This document shows positions 42,800 to 55,113 of a DNA stretch of 64,000 bases, in pieces. Below the pieces are notes generated by a model. It did no database searches. It saw only the letters and a program-made list of their open reading frames with translations, and had not been told where the DNA came from. The DNA is from Bugula neritina (taxonomy: Eukaryota > Animalia > Bryozoa), in contig OZ037766.1 of assembly GCA_964035545.1 (NCBI GenBank), positions 7,740,722-7,804,721 of the forward strand, given 5' to 3'. Position numbers and translations under genes: made by a program. Numbering within the stretch: the first letter of the stretch is position 1; every line of letters begins with the position of its first letter.

Positions 42800-45700
42800 C
42801 TGATTGTCTATAATTCAAATTCATAAAAGCCTAATCCTACCCCTGACACTGAGATGGGTGAGGATTTGCAGTATTTTAAATAACACAAGTTCAAGCAGAT
42901 ATTTAACGTACAAGAGGTTGTCTAGTTATAAAATAAATCAATAACCTCCCAAAACTGAACACCAAACCAAAGATTGATATATCTAAGCTATAGGTATAGA
43001 CAGAAATCTGCATTTCACAGAAAATATGGGCTTATATTTTTAGTATAAACTCACCACATGAATAAATTAACCTAAATGTAGGGCAGCTTTGATTAACATG
43101 TTACGGGATAATATGCAATTTCTAAATATTAAACGCACTTAAATATTGATCAAATAAAGAAATCATTGTCTCTCCTTGAACTTTTATAGGAATACATTTA
43201 ATTATGTTATTATGTTAACTATACTTAACAGAGAGATAGTTATGAAGAGTACCTTTCTATCAGCTTATAAATGAATAGTTCATTACAAATTATTTGCATT
43301 ATTTATACTTATGGAGTAGGTTCAGCAGTTTAGCAAGCTTCCTATGGAAATGCAAATTAATTTTTGTATAGCTGTAACAAGTTTTGAATACAGCTCACCA
43401 AACTTGCTAGTTTTAAAGATACATGAATATATACAACACGATCTATACAAAAATCAGTTTTAGCTTATTTGTATACCAATAGGTACATGAACACACACAT
43501 ACCTACGTACCAAGCTATATAGTTGTCTTTCCGGTCAGATAGTTTATATAGTTTAATATTATGCTGAAGAAATCTGCGCTACATTCACATCACAGCTCTT
43601 AGTATAATGACAATCTTTTCAACATAATTACTAGGTTTTAAAATTTAATTAAAACGATTATTTAGTGCAGGAGAGTGCAAATTTTACAAAATTGCAACTG
43701 TTATCGTGAAATGCAAAAAAGATCAAGCAACTATAAGAAGGCAAACTATAAAATCTAATATATCCAAAAGATATTCAAATACATTGAGTTTTAATACTGT
43801 TTGCTCTTGCTTAAGTTGCTTACATATTACTCATTTGTACTTCTTTTAACTTAAGCTTTTTCCATTTTATTTTATAAAATATATTATGTTTTACTTTTGC
43901 CTATGTGTTATTTATGAGCTAAACATTTTCTAGTTTGAAGTAAGCACTGGCCACTAAGCATATAGAGTAAGGAGCATTGTGTCCGATGAGGTCATGTGCA
44001 GGGAGCAGTGAGTGCAAGGCGAATGAGTCATCAGGTCAAACTGACGATTTGAAACAGCAATAGCTGTATAGCAGCACTTCTGTTTACCACACTCCATGGG
44101 TGTTAGACAGAGTATGACCTCTACACTCAAATGCTATTATGTTTATACACACAATAGTATTGATTCCTTATGGATAAACATAAATACTATAACTATTGTT
44201 TACCCTGTAAGGGCGCTATCCTTAGCCTTACTATCTAAAAATAAAAATCAATATTAGTCTTTAATTAATACTATAGTTAAATGTTTGTAATAATTAGGGG
44301 CTCAAAGCTACAATGAAATTACAGGATGTAATAATACTTTATTATAATAATTATAGCCTTTGTATGCAACTTCTGAATCTTTGAGGTCAAGTTGCATTAT
44401 ATTGCTGTGTGTTCTTTGATTAGGCTGCTTTGTCCTCAGCTGACTCCAGGCTGAATGAATAAAGTACATATTATATGGTGATATATAATTGCTACAGTCT
44501 AGAATCAGAGACAAGCCCTGCCTACACATCGGGTAATGCAATGTGACCTTAAAATGCTATAATGAGGTTGCATATTTGATTAAATAGCCTGCCTGTAATT
44601 TAATTGTTACAATTTAATTTCACATAGAAAAATGTATAACTCTTTTCCCATGTTAAATCAAAATTCATAAACTGGCCTGCTATATGAATTCACAGCAACT
44701 GTCACCATACTGCGCTGTAGGAATCACATTACTATAACATATTGAACATGAAAATAAAAGTTTATAGGCACACTATGATCTTTCTTTAAACAACATAAAA
44801 CTAAACTGATAAACCTATATCCTATTGCATAACATAACAACTCTTGTTAAATAAATTGTTGCAGATTAAACAAAAAATTATGACATTGATATGATATTGT
44901 GATGCTGTAAGCGTAAAACAGTTTATTTTTAGCCAGCTAACTAATAATTAAATAATAATCAAGGGGAGTGGTCTAAGCACTATAACATGTTATAAAGAAG
45001 TTTTGACCATATCTATCTTATAAAGTTCCTTTATTTAGATCTTTATTTGTTAGTTGTTGACATAAATGTTATGCAATAACATATGTAGTAATACATGTAT
45101 GTTATATTTTACTTTGACCCTTTAAAAGTCTAGAAAGTTATCAATTTCATTAGGCTTTTTTAGTGTTATTGAAAATAAGTTATATAGAGTTGTGTGCCCT
45201 TTGCAGTTTTGTACAAATAGAAAGTAGGTATAGAAACTCAATGATTCCAAATGCAATGTTTGAAATTGAAATCATAGTTACAAGACTAATTTGTAAATTA
45301 ACTTTTAAGACCATGAAGTATGTGGACAATATTTATTGCAGCATGTTACATTCATAATATAAGCATACCAGCTAGTTCATGTACTACTAAATGGTTAGCA
45401 GTATCTGACGTAAGAAATTGGTTATAGTCTTTTAGCTGCTGCTGCTCTATTACATAAAATATAGATCCTTTTTCAAAATAACTTAATTGAAAAACTGCTA
45501 TTGCCACAAAAAAACCTGGTAGGAGCTGCATTTGTCACGAGGTCAACAAACCCAAACAAATTCTCAAGTCTGCCAATATAACCATGGCATGGCCAAATTA
45601 ACAAGTAATTCTAATTATAAAAGTATTACCATACAGTTGAATAACATCAATATCCGTGCTAAAAAAATTGATTTCTATATGGTGCAATATTTCAGGTGCA

Positions 45701-46956
45701 GTGACTTTTTTCTACACAGAGTTTTAGATATATGTTATTATATAACTTTACTCAAATGCTTTGACAAATGCCCCACAATAATGATTTCACTGAATTTTTG
45801 GAGTTGTCTGTTTTATAAATGTACTCTTGGCAGCAATTATTTATTATAACTCTCTTACAGCTACTGAACTCGTTCTATGCTATTCACACTCCACATAAAC
45901 ATAATGATCCAAAGAAGTATCAGTATAGCAACACAGTACACTGTTATTGATGATTTTCGAGAAGAATAAAACACAATAAAACCATTAAAAATAACTTTTG
46001 CTTAAAGTTGTGGTAATAGACTTCAGTTGTGCTATAGATGGTACCTTCCACCCAGTAATATAAATCAAGGTCTCAATGTGGTGCAATATCTCTAGATGCT
46101 CTTTCTGGCCATCACCAATAGGCTCCGCTGGTGTTTAAATCAATGACTCAGTGAACAGATTACTCTGTAATAGAGTAAACAGTTTTTAGTATTGTATTGA
46201 GATAAAAAAATTATATTTCTGTTTTATCTGGATACTTCCAGGTGGTATGGTGTGGCCAAATGAGAAAATCTGTCGAATGATTTTATTTATATCTGTAGCA
46301 TGCTTAATTTGAAACTGTACAGCCAGTGACAATTGAAAATTTTGTTACCATATATGTAGGAAATTTTAAAGTTTATAATGCCTTTCCTGATTGAAAGAAT
46401 ATAAATTTAGTTCCTGATATATCTTATCAGGTAGAACAACTGCCATATGTTATGGTTTTTTCTAGAACTTTCTGAAGAGATGATTTTCTATGTAGCCTGG
46501 ATTTCTTTTGAGTCATTACTCCCAAAGCAAGGGTAGCTATCGTACCTATGCAATGTCATTTATTACACAGCGAGGGGAAATAACTGGACATACGTATATT
46601 TTATATTCAGCGTTAGCACCAGTTGCGTTGAATAATTATTACTGGAAGATAGTTTTCATTTGGTTGGAAATTTATTATCAAGGTGCGAGGTATAGCTGCA
46701 TTGACTATAGATAAACACTTGGCAATATGCCACATTTAATCGTAATACTAATTTATAGCGCTTCGCGAGACTGCGGAATAAAGCACAAAAACAAATGGAA
46801 TTTCCATTTTACGTCCTGTTAGTTGCGAGTACTAACTGGCTATAAAAAAGCGAGCACGCAGTGAAGTCGAACATAAAGCTACTAGCTGTACTGAAAGCAT
46901 CCAATGCACTAAAAGAAGTTTAATTTAAGCCTAGGCGAGCTACTAGAAATGACAAC

Positions 46957-47232
46957 ATGGGTGGAGTTTCTGATCAACTCGATACGTGCGTTTGCACAAA
47001 GCTTGAAACCGTGAAGGTGAACGACCAGTCTTGTAATCGCGAGGCTCTGTATGACCAGATTGCAAGGAACATACAAGTGATTGCTGCTCAGATCGACAAT
47101 GAAATATTGTTACCAAAGTCGAACGAAGGCAAACAAGCACCATCATCCTTCAATCTGTTCTGGAATACCGTCGCGTCTACTGCAAGATTTATGATGGCTA
47201 TAGGAATAGATGTATATGTAGCATCTTCCTAG
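46957..47232 (+). CDS. Putative divergent BH3-like small protein with C-terminal hydrophobic tail (91 aa, intronless)
   Basis: QIARNIQVIAAQIDNEI keeps BH3 hydrophobic spacing but lacks the Leu and the GD Asp. Tail LFWNTVASTARFMMAIGIDVYVASS. TATAAAA at 46841, CpG-containing promoter, caacATGG context, AATAAA at ~47441. Confidence 0.5.
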   Translation: MGGVSDQLDTCVCTKLETVKVNDQSCNREALYDQIARNIQVIAAQIDNEILLPKSNEGKQAPSSFNLFWNTVASTARFMMAIGIDVYVASS

Positions 47233-48889
47233 ATGGGTGGCTCATGATAAAAACCAAGCATTGGGGCAAGTCACGCAGAGGTAAATAATTTAAAAATTGT
47301 TTATATAAATTTATACATATACAGTTGCATTTGAATTAATTGTTATATTCTTTGCATGCATCAATTCACGATATTGATAATAAATGAAATGCATTAATTT
47401 CCATTATACTTGGCATGCAATTTATTGTAATGAAGCTTTAAATAAATGACTGATCTTCATCACTATGCACACTGTCTACAACTGTGTTCCCTATGCTTTG
47501 TAGTTTGACACACACATATCACTTGCACTCTGCCCTGGAACCTTCCAAGGCTACAGATCTCCTGCCTTCCCTCCTTTTATGCAAGAATATAAAATATTAC
47601 AAAAGTTGAAGGGCTGGCAGCTGCAATATTTGGACTCTTGAAGAAATTAATTAATAACTAATGTTATGTTTTTAATGATTTGCTCAGGTTCTGAAATTTA
47701 TTTCATGAATAGAAGCAAATTAATTTATATATATATATATTTTTTTTTTTATAAATAATGTTTTCAATCTTGATTCTGTTGAGGATTCAACAACTGCAAG
47801 ATTTGGCTCATTGCCAATAACTGCTGTATATCATTACACACATAATATATTTTATAGAACTTTTTACTTATAATTGATTGTAAATGTCAGATTTTATGTT
47901 TAACACTATCTAACCTAGTCCCATTCACTGAACTGAAACTATTATAGTTCAATGGTCCCATTACACAGTGACTATGCAATTGTATTCATGCATATAACAT
48001 GCTTCCAACTTTTGGCCATACTTAATGTACACATTTTTTTCTGCTTTTTGCTCAAATTTTATTGGTGCTGGCTATGTAAAGCAATGAAGCATATATAACA
48101 AAATATTTCAAAATATTTAAACTACAAGTGTATATATGTTTTATTTCTATAGTTATATTATATGAAATAAAATTCTGCTGGAATTAATAATTGCTCTTCT
48201 ATTTTCACTTGGCACAACTTTTCCAAGTCACAGCCGACATTTATAAACACAATAATAAAGCATAATAATATTACATACTAATGTCAAACGGTATATGTGT
48301 AACCCAAATAACAGAGGGCAAGACTCTCAGACAATTCTCTGTTTCAGATGAACATTTGAAAAGTTAGTGCTAGATTACTAGCTCCCTCACTTGTATTCTT
48401 TCACACATGCTGTGCTCTGCAGTAGCAATAAGAAAACCTATGTATGAGTGTTCTATTTGAAAAACCAGTGAAGTTCAAAATTACTATTGCATGTGCAGAT
48501 AGAGATAATGAGTTTTACCCTTTGTATATGAGTCACAATGGTTTGGTATCGAAATTACTCCTACAGAGATTTCTGTTTTGTAATTTATATACTATTCAAT
48601 CTTTCTATTGTATCAGGGTGATGCAACTTCATATCTATATCTACACAAAACAAACTTGCAAAATAAGGAACTCCATGAAATTAGGCATACTAAGTGCAAA
48701 CTCATAGTACTATTTCAATATGCTGTAATGAGCCGTTGTGTAATAGAATCTTGCTAAAGTGAGTTAGTTCATCTCTAATTAATCTCATGTAAATAGTACC
48801 AACTACCCAGGAAATAAATGCTTTATACTTATATGCGTTAATGTTTTAATGTTACAAAATAAGTTTCAAACTTCTCACGCAAGTTTATA

Positions 48890-49086
48890 GTTGCCAGCCC
48901 TGTGAGAAAACCTCTAATGGAAGGGGTTTACGGTTAAACCGGGCTAAGGACTAACTCAGATGGGGCACAGAAGCAATTATGACTGGATGCTCTTCCTAAC
49001 ATCACCAATGGCCTTTGTCAGAGCTTTAACACATGACTTAGTGCTTACTAAGCAAACGCTCTAACCTCCAGACTACGGCTGCTCCC
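48890..49086 (-). mobile_element. tRNA-derived SINE with a V-domain-like central segment
   Basis: Minus strand starts GGGAGCAGCCGTAGTCTGGAGGTTAGAGCG (A-box-like), has a degenerate B box GTGTTAAAGC, then GGTGATGTTAGGAAGAGCATCCAGTCATAA (resembles the V-SINE core GGAAGGGCATCC). Flanked by direct repeats. Related fragments at 24360-24440 and 46095-46122. Confidence 0.6.
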
Positions 49087-52000
49087 TAAATGCTTTATAC
49101 TTATATATTTTAATGCAATAGTGTTACTAAATAAGTTTGAAGCTCCTGTGGCTCCCAAAATACAAATTTTAAGCGCAATGAATATTTCATAATTCAGATA
49201 TGGTTTGTAGAGTCTGAATGACTTTCTTCATGCACCAATACACAAGACATCTGCTCACTCATGCCTAGGGCTGCTCTACATCTGACTTCCACATCCTGCT
49301 TGTCTAGAGGATTTAAATCTGATACAACACAACAGTAAAACTCTGTAATTGTATTATATGCAGCTCCGCTGAAAAGTCTCTCTTGTTGTAAGTTCTGGTC
49401 TATTTTCTCTTTCTCTTGTCAACCACCCAGCTACCCATCATATACTGTGGACTGAGACTGAAAGCAAGTGGAAACTATATTTGTTTTGAAGCTTTCATTT
49501 TGAGTCCCTCCTATATAGAGCAATTTATCAAAATAATTTCTCCTAATTCATCATAATTGTTATTCTGTACTAACAAAGCTATTTGTAAACTTTGCAACTA
49601 GTTTTCAGCATGGCTGTATGCTTTATTGTACTATTTTTATAACAGTGAATATATCAGACATTACAGAGCAATGGGTGACAGGTCCTATATCAGCTCACCA
49701 TATTATTATTATCAGGTTAACAGCACGAAATGCTGGTTTAGCCATCTGTAGATACTCTACACTCTACAGTCTACAAAATTGCATAATTATGACACTGTCT
49801 TATCAACCACAGAGATTTCACTCTGCTTGGAGTGTTAATATTTTAATTAATTTCACAGACACTGCAGAATCTACTAGAACAAGTCTACAAAAACTTAGTG
49901 AGCTGGGCTGTCGTGATCTAGAGGAAAATAGCTCATACGCGTGCAACTTCAGCTGCAAAGATTTGCTCTATTACTCTAATATACTTGTATGCTACTACTA
50001 TGCTTTTGGACAAACCAACGCATGAAAGCTTGTTTTTATTAGACAAACAAAGCAAAGTGTTTTCACTGTTTAGCTACCTGTACATAGAATAGAGGAAGCT
50101 AGAGGCCATAAACTACTACCATTTACTGTTTGGTCATATGATTGTTACAAAGTCAATACTGCATATACCCTGGCCATAATCCAACGTAATAAGCTAAAGA
50201 AAGTTGCCAAAACAACAGCATATACGTGTTTGTATTGGTTTGATCACATGTATGATATGACTAGTGATGATGAAATAACAGCTATATAGGTAGGTTTAAT
50301 AGAGTAAAAAGCGTTAACATGTAGCTGGCATAAGTTCACAAGCTATTAATCATATAGCTCAGGCTAAATATAGCTGAATCAGCTGGTAGGTAGTTAGGTT
50401 CCAATAAAAGTTGGCTCGAAGCCAGATGTGAAAAGTTTAGGAGCAAAGTTTAACAACAGTCTTGCCTACCGAGGCAGAGTTTCTATCCTGAAACAATAAC
50501 TTTATTTGAAAATAAATGTAATTATTGCTGAAATTTCAAACCAAATTACTAGCACTTTTCTTTTATTTTCATCGCTAAATACCTCGCAAAATGCTCTAGC
50601 AATGAAATGTTAACAAATATAATAGGTTATTGACACCAAGCTCTAAAAACTGAACTGTGAAGCCCATCAACAGTGTAATAGCTGGAGTACTTTTTATTGT
50701 ATTGATTTTAAGGAGCTTTTCAACAGGTTTCATGGTGGTCATGTTAATACCTATTGTGTTACCATATATGACTATATTAGCATGGCATAACATGATATTA
50801 TGTACAATTGCTTTATACCAACACAAAGCAAAAATTAGGCAGGTTTCTTAACTTAAACTCACTCGACACATCACGATTACAAAACAGCATTTAAACTCTG
50901 CCATTTCTTGTGATCAGTTGATGAGCAGTCATACAACAAGAAAACTAAGATAAGGCTTATCAGTAAGAAAATGGAAACTTTCAGGCCCTGGATCTATAAC
51001 TAAAGCTGTAACTATAATACCAATTGTCCATTAATTTTACTGTAATTGGTTTTCCCTGTTTAAACATAATTGGACACTTGCCAATTTCAAAACTAATCTA
51101 ATGAACTAGAATATTCCAAAGCCCCACTGAGTCAGGATGCAAGGTTGCACCATACTCAAATCATTTCTCCTGCTTCGTCAGCAAATTCAGTTACATAAGT
51201 GCATTTGATGACAAAAACATCCAGTAACTACAACAATCAGTTGTGATGTCAATAGAATTATAAATCAATAATAATGATATTACCAGCTTTAAATCTCTGC
51301 TAGCAACTGATATGCCTTTTTATATAATAAACAATCAGGATGTGGAAGAGCCAAGCACTATAGTTGGGTACATTATATAGCTGAGGGCGAGCCATACAGC
51401 TGTAGCATACTTATTTACAGTAGCTCCAGATAATTTTCATATTGTAACTGATTTATCATAATGTTTCATATTGTATAACTGGTCTATTATAAAACAAAGT
51501 TATTTACATCTACAGTATCTAAGGTTAAAGCTAGGGTAATAACTGATTAGCTAGAAAGCAAATAAAAGCGTAGTTGAACATAGAATAACAAACAAGCCAG
51601 CTAATAATAAGAGTAATTATAATAGATTAGATGTTGAAAGGATGCCTATAGCATTGATGTACTGCAACTGTAGCAATACAAATACTACAACAATATAATA
51701 AAATATCTAATACTTTTTCAATAAGTTTGCCAGCTTAATTAATTAATTAATTGATTATTTTCTTCAATTACAGTGAACTGGTCTATTAGTCTATTTAATG
51801 ACACAAAAACCTCCAGGTTTTAGTAACTATCAGCCTCAGCTTGTGAGGCCTAATGACACAAATTTTAAGCGCAAAGTTATGCAAACAGCTTGGGACTGCG
51901 ATTGTAGCACGGAACAGTTTAGAATGAATTCTCTTTTTGACATGGCCAATGAACCAAGGCTATAAGTTCCCCTAGTTTAGTGCCTATCACTATGTGTCTA

Positions 52001-55000
52001 TTGTTAGAATTACGCACCATGCAAATAGCACTAGTTTGAAGTGCTATTGTACTGGTTCTACTAATGGTAGCAGGTCATTTGTCAAATGAACAAGTTTGTC
52101 AGGGATCTCGGCAGTGGTGGAGAAGAACATAATATAGCTTGTAGTTAGTAATTGCCTATAACTTATGGTGGGAGTGCAATCTAGCTTTCTTATATCTTTA
52201 ATCTAACTATCTCATTAGATTCTAGGCACTATTATTATCCTTCAGATAATGTAATTGCCAATCATTCTGGACACAAGAACTTTTTGTAAGCCAATTGGTT
52301 TTACAAGGTACAACATCAATTGTTAGTTATTTTCGCTTAGCAAATTTCGTTTGGTATATTATTATTTGGTATTTTATATAATATTTATGCTCCAATTAAT
52401 CTAATGATTTCTCATTAGCAAAAATTATGCAGCTTGTGGCTTTTGTGTCTAATGAACTAAATACAATAATCAATGCAGAATGAGTGAAGTTAAAACAAAT
52501 AAAGAGTAGCAATCAAAACTAAACTAATGTTAGCCAAATTTACTAACATTAATTATGTGGGCACAACAGCTTTGCTTACATTTGTAGGTGAGGGCTTGCT
52601 TTGCAAATCTAATTTATTTAGAGTTGTCTTTCGTGGAGTAGCTTGTATAGTATAGAGAGAACAGAAGTAAGTATGGTTTTTCATTCGACACAACACTAGC
52701 TATTAGAGCAGCCTTTTAAACAATGACATAATATAGTCTTGCATATGCCATGGACTTTTTACTCAAAATGTGTGCAGTATTAAGTTTTTACTATACATAT
52801 ATTTAATGCACAATAAAGCTCAACTTTTGAAAAAATAAGGATTTTCCATGTATGCATTGTATTGCCAATACTTTATTTTCCAATTGATTGATGATATTTT
52901 TACTGGTGAAATTAGAAAAGTTTAAAGGAACACCCAGTTCAAAATGGGATGCTCCAATATTTCTAAAATTACCTATTTCTGTTGACATTATGATAAGATA
53001 GAAATGTAAGTTTATATTATTAGGCTGTACTTTCTTCTTGAACCATAGCAGAGAGTACTTAAAATCTATTTATATCAGCAGTTGATAAGGTAAGAAATTC
53101 TATTTTCCCAAGTAAGCTCTTATATAATACGTACACCTATATTCATTTCTGACAATGAGTCATAAGTCATATATGGGGAACATTATAAGGAAAGAGTCTG
53201 GAGATTCTAGCATGAGTCATGGAGTAGTTATAGACTTTATATGAGTAAAATAGTGCAAATTACCTACATAATGGTGTAATGCTGACATTCAGTAGTTTAT
53301 GGACAGGATCTTAACTGAAATTTCAATTCCGAACTTAAAAATTTAATACTCTTCAACACTTAAGTACAAGATGCAGAAATCCTATAGCTCAACATAATAT
53401 GGTTTGTTGACAACTTTGGTTGAACCATTTACAACTTTGATGAACTAACCTTTACCAGATAATCTCATTATGGTTCCTTGTGAACCCTTCATGCCTTATC
53501 ATACATGGCGCCTACTTCATACCATCTTAGGCTTCTGCAACTAGTCGCCCATAGGGTCATAAGTTCAGCTTGAAGCACAAAAAATATTTCACCATTCCTA
53601 ATAGCTATTTTCACAAGCCAAGCTATTTAACATGTATAATTTAGCTAAAATCAAAACAAATGCATTCGGAGCCATGCATGGCCATAGGATGAGCAGCTTA
53701 TAGATATTAGCTATGATATTATCTTGTTCAAATGCCAATTTCAAAGCAAGACTTTCATAATGATTTACAAACTAGCAGTGATTTGCGATGAAAGAGAGAA
53801 GTGTGCCAAACATCCAAATAAAGATAAATCTTTAATGGTTGCCAAAACATCTTAGCAGTTTTAGTGTGTAAAAGCTTTGGTGGATCTCGTATAAGCAAGT
53901 AGTTGACTCTGTGTTAGCACCCAAGGCTTCAGTGCAAAAAATAATTTTGGATTAAGTCTGGCATTGATCTGCTATTTGTTTTTTTATTAGATAATTAATA
54001 TGGAAGTTGCATTCATTTGCATACTCACCTCTGATGGCACAGCCTAGGATTCTGTTTTATTATTTAGTAAGGATAACATTCAGGGTTTGTGGTTTTCATT
54101 TTATACAGTAAAACCAAGAAAGCCATGAAACTAGAATATAATTGTTTTGTACTAAATTTCTTAAAATAATTCAATTAACAGTTACAGGCATTGAGTTGCC
54201 TGTGCAGCCGTATAAGTGAATGAAAGTAAATATTTAGTTTGCTTAAATTTGTGAACTACTGCACACCATGTTTTTCTGTGAATTAGCTATAGCTGACAGT
54301 TTTCAAGCTCTGGTATATATCTTGAGGTTGTTAATGAAAATTAAATAATAATTAATCAAGATTATAAACTAAAAGGTTATACACTTATTTATAATATTAT
54401 TTTAAAGATAGGTTTATTTGCAGTCAAACCGCAGACACTGGCATGACTCATTAGCAGGAGACTTGGTTGATGGCGGATTAGGGAATTAGTAGCCAGTTGC
54501 TGTGCGGGAAGAAGATATTAATTTTATTAGGAAATAAAAAGGATTTATGTCTAGTCTTCTTCGAATGAGTGCCATTAGTTTAAATAGAGATTTATCTGGG
54601 AACTCAATACTAAAAGTAGGAGAGAACGACTCCCATTTATGCACCCTACGAGCTAGAACTCAATGAAATGAATAATTAGCATGCACATATGCACACACAG
54701 GCTTATTCAACATCAAAAGAATTTTATTTATATTAATTACAATCGATTTGAGAAAGTAGTAAATTTATATTATAGAAAATAACCTATATATACAAGTGCA
54801 TTGTGCTGGATTAACTATTGCATAGCATACAATGTAATGATATATAAAATATTATGATATAATATAATAAATATTAATAGTATGTAAATTGATACAACAA
54901 AAAGTATATCAATTGAAGGTTACATCAAAATAAATAACTCTGATTACAGCAGCATCAAACATCTTGCGTGTACATATCAAGATTGTATATAGTGTATGCA

Positions 55001-55113
55001 ACTCCAATATTACATTGCATTTCCATTCTGTACATGACAACTTATAATTTATCTCATCAACATACAAATATATACACAAATGTAGTTTAATTTTTTAAGT
55101 TTATAGTTTCTCT

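Noticed and set aside
34600-46800. p53 response elements upstream of the BH3-like ORFs
   Set aside because: Only isolated imperfect CATG half-sites; no paired RRRCWWGYYY decamers were found.
48872-48908. Paired Su(H) sites TTCTCACG ... TGTGAGAA
   Set aside because: Wrong orientation and spacing for a Su(H) paired site, and they lie at or in the SINE tail.
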